Of a DNA stretch of 64,000 nucleotides, positions 53,185 through 64,000 are shown piece by piece. Each line of letters starts with the position of its first letter. Within the stretch, counting starts at the first letter, position 1. The notes under the pieces were generated by a model. It was not told the DNA's origin. It ran no database searches and saw only the letters and a program-made list of their open reading frames with translations. Made by a program: the position numbers and the translations under genes. Source of the DNA: Oculina patagonica (lineage: Eukaryota); assembly GCF_052425735.1 (NCBI RefSeq), contig NC_135759.1:33356001-33420000 (forward strand), read 5' to 3'.

Positions 53185-53473
53185 GGTCGTATGATAGTCT
53201 TGCCTTCCAATATGGCCGACCACGGTATCGTGAGGCTGCGTGGCATACTGGGAAATCATTATGGTAACCAGGCCTTACTTTGTCCTGATAGGTCTGCATA
53301 GCGTACTTTCGAGCGAAAATCTGGTCCGGTCTTTAGTTTGCAGCCATCGCTGTATATTTTTACGAGTTTGCAGTATTCTGACTAGAAAACAACTATTTTT
53401 ACGTCCTGAAGATTGTGGTTAACATCTGGCGTCCTGAATAGTTTTGATTGCTAGTCATTTTAGGTCTCCCTGT

Positions 53474-53826
53474 CCCAGGGGGGGTACTCCGGGATCCAAG
53501 TGACGGGGATGTGCGAAGGATTTTTTTGGGGTCGAAATTTTCGATTCCGGGATTTTTTTGGGTAGGAGAATTTGGCAGGTATTTTTTGGGGGGACTTGAT
53601 TTAAATAGGGGATTTTTTGGGAATTAAAATCAAACTAAAGTGCCTTGGCGCGGCCTTGGCAATTAAGGGGTAATTTGACTAGGGATTTTTTTGGGCGTTT
53701 TTTTTGGTCCAGGGATTTTTTTGAGTAATGTCGGGAGACTTAGGGATTTTTTTGGGTCCTGAGTTTTGCCTCCATTCGATCATCCCCGTCACTTTGATCC
53801 CGGAGTACCCCCCCCCCCCCCCTGGG
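53474..53826. mobile_element. MITE with 8-bp TSD ~290 bp upstream of the ATP5PB ATG
   Basis: CTCCCTGT|cccagggggggtactccgggatccaagtgacggggatg ... catccccgtcactttgatcccggagtacccc..ctggg|CTCCCTGT; internal gggattttttt repeats. Confidence 0.9.
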
Positions 53827-56211
53827 CTCCCTGTTTCCCATTTTCATTATCCTTCATGTCTTACATGTTTTTCTTGATAAAAAAAAAAATTGAGAAAATA
53901 CATCGAAAGAATGCATGACTACGTGAGAACTATAGCGAGAGCTTTACATTAACATGTTTAAACTTTCCCAATGTTTATTTTGTCTTGAGTTAGAAATTAG
54001 TACAAAGTGAGTCTAAAGTGCAACAAAGGCCCTATCGCGCATTTCTAGCATAGAATATCGATAAAATTGTTTCATTGACAATTTTAAAAGACTATTCGGC
54101 CACAATGCACAAAGTTACCAAGAAAACCGTAAGCTTTTAGAACCGAGTCTGGTTTTTACATCAGATATTCTCTTTTTTTCTGTTCGTAATTCCTTAGAAT
54201 ACCGTAATCTTATTCAGAAGAGTCAAGTCAACGATGACAACTCATTCTGTAATAAGCATTTAGCCACATAGGAGGCAGATAAAAAAATTTGCAAACTCGC
54301 TTTTCTTTTTTTCTTGTCCCCCGCTGAAAATTTTTTTCTCTTTTGTGCTGAAATGAAACCCCCCTGGGATAAATATGTTTTCGTTCACCTGGTTAATTGT
54401 GCGATCCATTGAATTCTATTGAAGCGATATCAAATTGTGGATTAACTGTTATTGTAAGACTCATTACTTCTGTGAAACGAAGCGTATTAAAACTTTTAAG
54501 TTACCGCTTAGCAACGCATCCAGTGCACTTTTACTAAAGTAAAGCGTCCATGGATCGCCAGTGTTGAACAAGAAGTATCTTTTTCCGTTTCTTGCCAGCT
54601 TAGTCAAAAAGACGCAAACCCGAGAAGTCAACAAGAAGATATGTAGCATAGGTAAGATTCATAAGCTTTTAAATGTTGATACCGTCATCGGGCAATTAAG
54701 AGATTAAACCAAGACAAGTCTAAGAAAGAAAGATAATCCACAGGTTTTTGCTTTTTTGGGTTTTGTTAGCCCAGCTATCATTTGAAAAGATATAGCTAGA
54801 GAATTTACCACAGAGGGATTTGAAACTGTAGAAACGAAGGGTCATTTAGAAGCTGAAGTTTGTGTCAGTGGTTCACGATCCGGTGTGAATTAATTAGAGT
54901 AAACAATATGCCTTTTCAAGACTTGTATAATTTGTTTTTGAGTATGAACTCGACCTTTCCAACAACTCTGTGTGAAGTACAAATTCATTATTGGCGAACT
55001 CTACCTTTGCTAAACTTGATTTTTAACGAATTTGAAGTTGTTCGCTTTTGTCAACCCAACTAAAACGCGAAGATAACTGGCAACAGGGGTTTAACAAGCC
55101 TTTGGTACATTTTAAGTTTACCGACAACTACTTTATATTTGCCAACGGGATGGATTGATGTGCATTATCGGTCTAAGTCTTTTTAAATTTGTCTTGCATC
55201 ACGCTGTCCGAAGTTCGCCTGTGTATTGATGGAAATTGCTACTTAACTATGGGGCAACAAGATCAAGTGCAAAAATAAACCATCCTGGAGTTGCCTTTTC
55301 GATCCTTTCTTGGAGAATGAATTTATGTCTTTCTATTTTTTAAGGCCCGGGTTAAGGTTATTCTTGCAAAATAAATTGGACGACCCAATCCAATTTTACA
55401 GAACGGCTTACTATGTACAAATGACACGATGTAGTAGTCTGTGTAGGCCTGTTGCCTGCTTTTTTACTTCATTTCCCCCTTGAGTTTTCTATCTTCAATC
55501 CACGAGTCATTCCGAATTCGAGCAGCCATGTTTGTTGTGATACGATCGCAAGTGAGCCTGGTCTATGGCAACGATAGGCCATGCGGATTTTTGATTTTAT
55601 TTTACTTTCTTTTGCTTTTCATTTCATTTTTTTTTTTAATTTAGTTTTCGGTTCAATAATTTTATAAAAATATTTTTTAAAAACAAAAAAAAGTGAAACT
55701 ATTTTTATTTTCTATTTATTTATTTTTATTTTCTATTTGTTTATTTTTATTTTTTGAACTTTTTTTACTATTCAATACCAATTTGACTATGGCAATCCTA
55801 GGCCACCATATTAGCATAGTTTATTTTACACAAAAACTCAGAAGACTTCTCGTGACACTGTCACTTTAGTGCAATGATCAATCATGACAAAGGCCAAAAC
55901 CTAAATTAGTGTTGAATGCAGGAAAATGCGCGAAAGTCAACTACCGGTATTATTTTCTTATGTTTTCTTGCAAGACAAAAGTCAGCGTCAAAGGTGTTAT
56001 TTTCAGAGCTCAGCAAATCAGCGCAAAGATACATGTAGATACAGTCCATCGAAATTGCTTCAATTCTACAACAGAACAAGTGTTTTGTTTTAATGATAAA
56101 TTGATTTTCCATGCTATGCTTTTTAGGTTTAACAACAGCGCAGAGTCTCCAAGAAAGTGACACAGTTCCATGCGACACAGCTCCATGCTGCTGGGCAACA
56201 ACGATTAGAAA

Positions 56212-57282
56212 ATGAAATCTGAGAAGCACAACTCAACGAAATACCTTCCCGGGATAACGACGAGGAAGCCTCAGCTTCGCAACAGCAGTTGGGCAAAATT
56301 GCTCAGTCAGGACAGATCGTATGGTAAAGATAGCAGAGAACTCTCTGGATTAGACGTATGTTGTACGCCTGTCCTTTTCAATTTAAAAGAAACAAGTAAA
56401 ACCTGTCAAAATCCAGTTGAAAACTTGGCAGACGAGCGAGAAGAAAAATTGAGCATTATGGAAGAAGTGTTGAAGATGGAGGAAAACATAATCAGCGGGA
56501 ACTCATTTGATGACAATGTAGAGGACCACAATGCTGAGAAAATTGAAAACGATGCCTCGGGTTCACTTGACGATGAAGCAAAATTTGCAAGAGCCACTTC
56601 AGTCGAACAAGAAAAAGACAAACAAGATCGCCTGCCGCCCTTAGCTGATATGGCATCAACAAAACACGGAAAAGTACCAAAAGAAACATTTTACCGCAGA
56701 AATTCTAAAGGTAAAAAAGATTGCCTTCCAAGTAAAACTAAAGAGGATATTGATTGGCAAAATATTTTTGTTAACGGGGGATTTCGACCCTATGAGTCAC
56801 GTGATTTGCCAACAAGAGGCGAGTTAAAGCTGTTGAAATACAAAACATGGGATCTCGATGGTCCTGTGTACTGCGTCACAAAGTGCGCTAAGTATTTTGG
56901 CCTTGATAATGAGATAGATAAAGGAAAGCCAACTCCGGTGGAAAAGGAGCCACGAAAACGGTACACCAGTCCCTCCCCCAACTATAAGTTTTATCCGCTT
57001 CGAGTTCCAAAGCGTCACAAAAGTTTTCCACCCTTGGAGAATCCTCCGGAGTCACTAACATATTTAGAGAATCCAGCCAAGCAATATAATTTATGCAACT
57101 CGTGTGTTGTTCCCCCGGTAACCCCCGCGTCACCAATGTTCAGATCATCACCCCTTGGTTGGAGTCTGTTGCCTTATAAGGACAGAACAAACACTCTGGG
57201 AGAATTGGCAGAAATGACAATTGATAAACAGAACACAGACGAGGGGATTGGCTCACCCACAGAAAGCGAACTGGGATGGTGA
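56212..57282 (+). CDS. Uncharacterised hydrophilic 356-aa protein, single coding exon
   Basis: A 1071-nt ATG-to-stop ORF in AT-rich DNA, with an acidic middle and Pro/Ser-rich C-terminus. No domain recognised. Possible upstream acceptor ttttag at ~56126. Confidence 0.65.
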   Translation: MKSEKHNSTKYLPGITTRKPQLRNSSWAKLLSQDRSYGKDSRELSGLDVCCTPVLFNLKETSKTCQNPVENLADEREEKLSIMEEVLKMEENIISGNSFDDNVEDHNAEKIENDASGSLDDEAKFARATSVEQEKDKQDRLPPLADMASTKHGKVPKETFYRRNSKGKKDCLPSKTKEDIDWQNIFVNGGFRPYESRDLPTRGELKLLKYKTWDLDGPVYCVTKCAKYFGLDNEIDKGKPTPVEKEPRKRYTSPSPNYKFYPLRVPKRHKSFPPLENPPESLTYLENPAKQYNLCNSCVVPPVTPASPMFRSSPLGWSLLPYKDRTNTLGELAEMTIDKQNTDEGIGSPTESELGW

Positions 57283-57515
57283 GCTGTGACATACCTCACT
57301 GCGTCAAACGATTCGACAAGGACTTTCCCTGCCGTGTTGCTGAGATCAAAATAGAAATACTTTTATGTTTCATCATTTTGTAGCTTTTAAATGATCTATC
57401 TGTGCAAGGAATAAGTGTAACCTTAGCCAATTCTCGCAGAGTTGCACGATGAATTTCTGATTTCCAACTCTTTTTATCAAGAAAATAACAGAAGCACTTC
57501 AAAAGTGCGATTTCT

Positions 57516-60191
57516 GTTTTGTCTATCAGTATTGGGACAGCTGTAACGAATATTCTAGGCCTTCACTGGCACTTAAAGCAAGATATTTTTAGGTTTATTA
57601 AGGTTCTTCAGATGACGGGGTCGTAACCAGGTATATTTTTTCATCGTTGATCCCAAATTTTAGCTCTAAATTTTGATTCCTGATCCCCAAAATGTGGCAA
57701 CATTTGATCCCTGATTCCATTCTGATCCCATCTGATTGGCCGATCCGGATCCCATGACTTGTGATCCGGAATCCCAGGTCCATGATCCCGATCCCGAGGC
57801 TGTGATCCCGATCCCGAGGCTGTGATCCCGATCCCAAGGCTGTGATCCCTGATCCCATATACCTGGTTACGACCCTGAGATGACACAATTACCCAGCAAA
57901 GCTGGTGGTATAAGTGCATTTTACCTTTGTTCAAAAGGCATAATTTATTTAATTCCATCTTCTGTTCTGATAACTCAGACACTCTCTTTATCATTGGTAG
58001 GCTGGGCCGAGAGTCCACGGCCGATAAGGGATTGGTTCTTACACTCTGATTACCAAAAGTTAGACTTTCTCAAAGCCCGTTTCCAGTAGTTAGGTCATCT
58101 GGCGGAAAACGACTTGCGTCGCTCGTTTTGTCTATCAGTATTGGGACAGCTGTAAAGAATATTCTAGGCCTTCACTGGCACTTAAAGCAAGATATTTTTA
58201 GGTTGATTAAGGTTCTTCAGATGACACAGTTACCCAGCAAAGCTGGTGGCATAAGTGCATTTTACCTTTGTTCAAAAGGCATAATTTACTCAGCTTGAAA
58301 TACAACAGTTTCGTAATATCCAACAAAGTTATAAGAAAACCTTTGTTCTGAATACTCTTAAAACAATATATTTTTAGGTGGGTCAAAGTACTTTAGATGA
58401 CACAATTACCAAACAAAGCTGGTTGTACAAATTAGTGAATTTTCCCATTGGACAAAAGGCATAATTCAATCGACTTGTAAGACAACAGATTTGTAATATC
58501 GGGGAAAGTTTTTGTAAAACCATTCATTTGAATACAAATTACACCTAGATGTATATGCTATGGAGTGTTCAACGTTTGATGTTCCTCGAGTTTTAATGAC
58601 TTTTTGTTTTCGTAACTGATTGATGACCCTCTGCTTCGAATTATTCAACAATAAGAACATTTTAAAGCAAAGACTCATTTTGCACATATAATTATTATAT
58701 GGTTTTCTATATCTCACTAGCAAGTGTTGAAGTGTTACCTAAACACTTACGAACTATGACCCTCATCTAGCAACAATGAAATATGTACTAACGCGCAAAA
58801 AAGATCTCAACCAAGTTTCCGTGGTTGAAAAAAAAAACATGTTTCCAGCTTGCCTTTTTATGAAAAGGACAATTACTTTCTTGAGAGGCAATTAAAAGGG
58901 TCTTGTTATTGATATAACTGGTTGGCTTAGTGCATGATGGTTAAATGTTTCTTCCTGATGCGCTTAACACTTGCAATTAGTCATGGTAATGAGTTATTCA
59001 AAAACACAGCGTTGAAAAGATTAGCGCATTCGGTTCTTTAATATTTTTTATTCTCGAAGCTCACAGAGCGAGGTCATAGCAACAAAACGTGCAGTGATCA
59101 GAAATACACGGGTTTACCAAAGACGTACGTCTGCGTTTAATGTTGATGTTGGCCATTGGTGCTGTTTACAGGTATGTCTCTTTAGGTAGGCAGCGAAACT
59201 CGCTTGCAAGGCATTATAAATACACATGTAGTAGTTTGTGTTATGTAACCATTCACTCAGCTTGTAAGAAAACATGTTTATAATATCGGTAAGTGATTTA
59301 AAACCAGCTTTGTTCTGGATATTCTTTAAAAAAATATATTGGGTCTAAGTTCTCCAGATGACACAATGACCCAACAAAGCTGGCAGCTCAAATAAGTTCA
59401 TTTTCCCATTGGAGAAAAGGCGTAATTTAATCACCTTTTAAGACAACAGTTTTGTCATATCGGTCAAAGTGATAATAAAACCTTTGGTTCTGAATACAAA
59501 CTACACGTCAATGTTTGCTTTGGAGTGTTCAACGTTGGATTAGAGATTTAAAAACCTTATCATGTTGGCTTGTTATTACTCGAGTTTTAATGATTTTGAC
59601 CCTTGCTTGGATTTTGCATATGTGGTTTTCTATTTTCTCACTAGCAAGTGTTTGAAGTAGTACCTAAACTTTAATGCACTTTGACCCTCATCTAGCAGCC
59701 ATGAAATAAGTAGTAATGTGCAAAATAATGCTCAACTAACTAAAGTTTTCCGTGGTTGAAATAACAAACAAACAAACATGTCAGTTTCCAGCTTGCCGTT
59801 TCAGAAAAGGAAAAGGGCAATTATTTTCTTTGGGGGCAATTGAAGGGGACTTGTTGTTGACATAACTGGTTGGCTTGGTGCATGATGGTTAAATGTTCTT
59901 ACCCAATGCGCCACAATTAGCCACGGTGATGAGTTTTCAATATCACAGCGTTGAAGATATTAACGCATTTGGTTCTTAAATTTATTAAACTCTGGAAGCT
60001 CACAAAGCGAGATCATTGCAACAAAACGTGCAGTGATCAGAAATACACGGGTTTACCAAAGACGTTCACCTTCGTTTAATGTTGATGTTGGCCATTGGTG
60101 CTGTTTGCAGGTATGTTTCTTTAGGTAGGCGGCGAAACTCGCTTGCAAGGCTTTATAAATACACATGTTGTAGTTTGTGTTATGTAACCAT
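57516..60191. repeat. Complex local tandem duplications
   Basis: 57516-57947 (minus the MITE) matches 58125-58288; ~58289-59252 matches ~59256-60191. The sub-unit agatgacacaattaccc.gcaaagctgg...aaaggcataattt recurs at ~57878, 58219, 58395 and 59356. Confidence 0.85.
57616..57877. mobile_element. MITE with 6-bp TSD and (gatccc)-rich interior
   Basis: AGATGA|cggggtcgtaaccaggtatat ... atatacctggttacgaccctg|AGATGA. The empty site is preserved in the duplicate at ~58219. Confidence 0.9.
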
Positions 60192-60588
60192 AAGAGGTTG
60201 TGAAAAATACCAGATAACAACATGAAGCTAAATTCAAATTAGACAGTGTTTTTAAAAAATGTAATGTATTTTTATATATGACGATTTAATTAAAAAAGTT
60301 TTTTCGGGGTTTGTTTATTCCATCTTCTGTTCTGCTAACTCAGATACTCTCGTAATCGTTGTGGTATTTTTCGCGAAAAAGTCGTTGTATAAGCCAATAT
60401 GTATAGATATTAATCTATCTCCCGTTTCAAAGAGTATCTCCATTGCAAACCCGAAACCCATGATATGTGGTTAGCTTATAATTTGTTTATCAACATGATT
60501 GTTGCTGTTGACATTGCCTAAGAGTAATCTCATGCAACATGAAACACAATTTTTTCTCTTTTTAAAGGAACGATATTTCTATGGCAAG

Positions 60589-63483
60589 ATGGACCATTGT
60601 TTGATTGTGGACAAAGCACTCCCCTTCACCACGAGAATACTTGTTTTATTGCTCTTGCTGATGTGTAATAACGAGAAAGGCGCCCTTGCTATACAAGGTG
60701 GGCAAACAACTGTCTCATTGTTGCAACTACTGCCTTTTACGCAAGCTTAGACACACTCCTGAAACAGTAAATGTGTTACTCAATGCATTGTAATTGTAAA
60801 TCTTCGGAGATATGTTGGACGGCGAAACAAAACGGGATTCGATCGTATCTTCTCTGATTTCCGAAAGGAGAAGCGCTAACACTTTTGGAAATTTTGACGT
60901 TTTTAACCGGAAGAGGTCATAGTTCTCCGGCATTTAAGCAACACTGTAACTAACATATAACACGTGTGTAATAAAAAAGCGCATTTTGTTGGAAGCAAGC
61001 GATTTCTTCGAAATCCCAAACCTAACGGGAAGACAACTAACGGTGGTGCTGCTTAGTAATGATTCAACTAGCACTTTTGTGTAGACCACCGCACTTTAAC
61101 ATGGAGACCGAATGGGACTTTCATCTACTTTTATTGTGCGATAATTAATTGTGATCTTTGAGGGGCCTTATTTTTTTCCTTACCTGACATCGGCAGGAGC
61201 CCATCAACTGACATCGGGTTGAATTTTGCGCAACCGAATTATGTATAGCAGTTTTCGCTGACACCAACCATTCTGATCGTTGAAGTGTTCGTGAAATGCA
61301 TCAACGAGACTGACTGAACACAAACGGGAGACGAGAAATGGTGACGTCAAGAATCACATTTCTGAACATCATCGACTTACTGACTATCAAAAAGACTGGG
61401 ACTACCGTATTTTCTCAATTAAACGCCCCCGGCGTTTATTTCAAACTTGGCTTGGTGGACCCGGCGTTTATTTGAAGCCGGCGTTTAATCGGGGTCCGGC
61501 GTTTATTAACGGGTTGCAATTTTCTGTCAATTCTCCAGATTGATTTATTGCTAACGATATCCGAGACCGACCAAGGGGCAGTTTCTCAAGGCGGGACGAT
61601 TTTTCTCTTCGTTCTGCCCCGAAAAACTGTCCCTGGGTATCTAAAGGTGATCAATACCCAAAGGTACTTTATTATGGATTGAACACGTGTATGCTGCCAT
61701 CAGGATTTGTGACAAACAGATACATGAACAAAAGGAGCATGCAAGTAAAATTTATGGGTACAAAATTTTAATTCAGTTCATAAACGGCAATGTCGCCAAC
61801 TTAATTCCACCTCGTTTTTAAACGACCTCCTCCAACTTATAAACAAATGCTGGAGGGATCCTTGAGATTATAACGACTGTGAGCACTAACAAAAGAAAGG
61901 AAGTGCATCAGTCATGAAGGCAGGAACGCGTGGCTAGGTTTTATTTTGTTGTACATGCAGCGTCCTTCTTATCTATGTTACGCCAGACTTTTCCTTTGAA
62001 CGTTTATTGAAATTTCCAAAGCAGCATACCGTACTAGTATGTCATAGCAGTGCTATTCAAAAGAATATATCATACTTGTTGGCTTGACCTCAAATAAACG
62101 CCGGAACCTCGAACAAACGCCCCCGGCGTTTATTTAAAGTTTAGCAAGTTTGACCCGGCGTTTATACGAGGCCGGCGTTTAATCGGGGTCCGGCGTTTAA
62201 TATCGAGAAAATACGGTATGCTCAATGCTTAACCTACGGCACAAACTATTTTTAACGACTGAATCTGGAAAGCTGGTACACAAACTTAGAAGAAATGGCT
62301 TCTCGGCAAATTACAACAATTACAGGCGTCTTACAATTAACTTATTTACGACGTAAACAAAACCAAACAAAGAAGGGTCCCAATTTGACTAAACACAGGC
62401 AGATCGAAAGTTGCTTTAACTGACCAGTCAATTTTCAAAAACTTTACACGAGTCTAACAGCCAACAATATCACGGGTACCCTGGGTGCCAGAGGGGTTTT
62501 TTTTGCGGTGACAAAGAGCGGCGAAGTCGCTATCGTTGATAGAGTGGCGAAGCCACGCCACGATCGCGGCTTCGCCGCTCACAAATAGTGTCTTTCCTGC
62601 AAAAAAGAAAAAAACCCTCTGGCACCCAGGGTACTGATATCGCGGGAAAAGCAAACACTCAGTTTCAACGGACCAGACTTATGACAACATTGGCTGACAA
62701 ACAATTTTTCACTTGACTATAAAGATGACTTCCGCTATGGTTGTCAAGACTTCAGTTACAAACAACAGTTCTTTTCAGAACTTCTCTCATGCACTCGGAC
62801 GATCACACTATACGAGCAATTGATAATCGTGGGTTCAAAAACCTTTACTATGATGTATTTGTTGTGAGTAACGATCTATTTTAAGCAAGAGGTGCCGCAC
62901 TTGACCAAGCGCTCACTAGTGTAACTTACATCTTGTAAACGCAATACTAGAATTTTCAACAGTTAGTTATCAAATGTTTCCACTGCTGTGCCACAAATAT
63001 ACTATACTGCTATATTAATTTAGAGAGGAAGCCCCATCAGCTCTAGCTGGTTTTTATTCGGGTCCTCTAGCCAGATCGAATTGGTTCGTTATACACTAGA
63101 GAAATACAACACAGGCAATACCTTTCAATTTAATTATCTCTTCCTTAAAACTTGTAGCATGTCAAGAAGCTTTTGGCATGGAAAACGGTACAATCTCTGA
63201 TGGACAAATAACAGCCTCTTCACAGTGGGATGCCAATCATGCAGCAACCCAGGGAAGATTGCACTTTCAAGAAACTGAAAAGAAAGCTGGGGCTTGGTCA
63301 GCTGACAGAAATGACGGTAATCAATGGCTCCAAATTCATTTGGGGAGTCAGTACATCAGCAGAGTAACAGGTGTAGCAACGCAAGGAAGAAATGGTTACA
63401 GCCAGTGGGTAACTAAGTACAGAGTGCAGTACAGTGTCGATGGAGTAAACTTTCTGTACTACAGGCAACAGGGAGTATACAAG
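60589..63483 (+). CDS. Secreted F5/8 type C (discoidin) domain protein, 5' part; continues beyond the window
   Basis: Exon 63158-63483 (ttgtag|CA...TACAAG|gtgaat) encodes CQEAFGMENGTISDGQITASSQW...GAWSA...QWLQIHLG...VTGVATQGRN...QWVTKYRVQYS.DG. A tentative phase-matched signal-peptide exon lies at 60589-60697 (..ILVLLLLLMCNNEKGALAIQ). Confidence 0.8.
61402..62218. mobile_element. Mariner/pogo-like non-autonomous element
   Basis: taccgtattttctc ... gagaaaatacggta, with subterminal ccggcgttta repeats at both ends. Confidence 0.8.
62477..62633. mobile_element. MITE
   Basis: Perfect TIR taccctgggtgccagaggg / ccctctggcacccagggta. Confidence 0.8.
62705..62852 (+). mobile_element. Decayed Penelope-like terminal repeat with inactivated hammerhead-ribozyme core
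   Basis: ttcacttgactataaagatgacttccgctatggttgtcaagacttcagtta...aacaacagttcttttcagaact...ggacgatcacactatacg fits a type-I hammerhead layout (tgact-CTGANGA-tgac...gtc-GAAA-c-agtca) with the core mutated. Family recognised from memory only. Confidence 0.6.
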
Positions 63484-64000
63484 GTGAATTATACTTTTTA
63501 AAAACTATTAAAACAGTTTCCAGTACAGTGGTACCAAGTCTTTTGAATTACTTTAAGCAAATCTCAAACGATCTGAGGGAAAGGAAAAATGCAGACAGGC
63601 AAGCATAAATATATAAAAGGTTCAGTTTGGGCAAAGCGAAGTACTAGCGGATGAATGAGTGTCCTAATAGTAAATCCTGCAAATTGATGCAATTAAGGAA
63701 CTAAGTCACACGAGGCCGGGAAGAATGTTTGAACTTCATTTCAGTGAACTGGTGGTCCGATGTCTATTTACCAAGTTACCAGTTTGAACGTATAGAAAAG
63801 GTGTGTTTTTTGGCGGCAAGCGTAGGGATGTAAAATAAACAAGTGAATCTGATTATAAAGCAGCACTCGTGATATCAAAGGAAAGAGATGACAGATGAGT
63901 ATTTCTGACGAATAGGCAATAGCCCGAATGCTTATTTACTGGCACTTAAATAATCAAGCTGGTCGTTACAGCTATGCCGGATTCATGGGAGGAACCACAG

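Overview
Eukaryotic, AT-rich, intron-containing animal DNA. It is most consistent with a stony coral or other anthozoan; this is inferred from the SINE, MITE and Penelope-type repeats and was not tested. Genes reconstructed by hand from splice sites and codon phases: the 5' part of COPA (-), head-to-head with a complete RACK1 (+); a 2-exon CLN3/battenin-like gene (-); an 18-exon, ~600-aa uncharacterised protein with C-terminal EF-hands (-), head-to-head with thymidine phosphorylase TYMP (+, one GC-AG intron); ATP synthase subunit b ATP5PB (-); an orphan 356-aa ORF (+); and the start of a secreted F5/8-type-C (discoidin) protein (+). The most unusual part is 14.9-28.1 kb, a tandem cluster of four copies of an unrecognised intronless ~265-aa six-TM membrane protein. 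One copy is intact, one is killed by a MITE plus a frameshift, one is 5'-only, and one carries a single TGG>TAG change in a near read-through context. That last copy sits on the same strand inside the last intron of the EF-hand gene. The cluster is split by a 5.5-kb nested pile of transposons that includes a tandem tRNA-like repeat and a long-TIR element carrying SAP-domain-like coding remnants. No CRISPR, rRNA or confident snoRNA was found. Several short patches look like low-quality consensus sequence.
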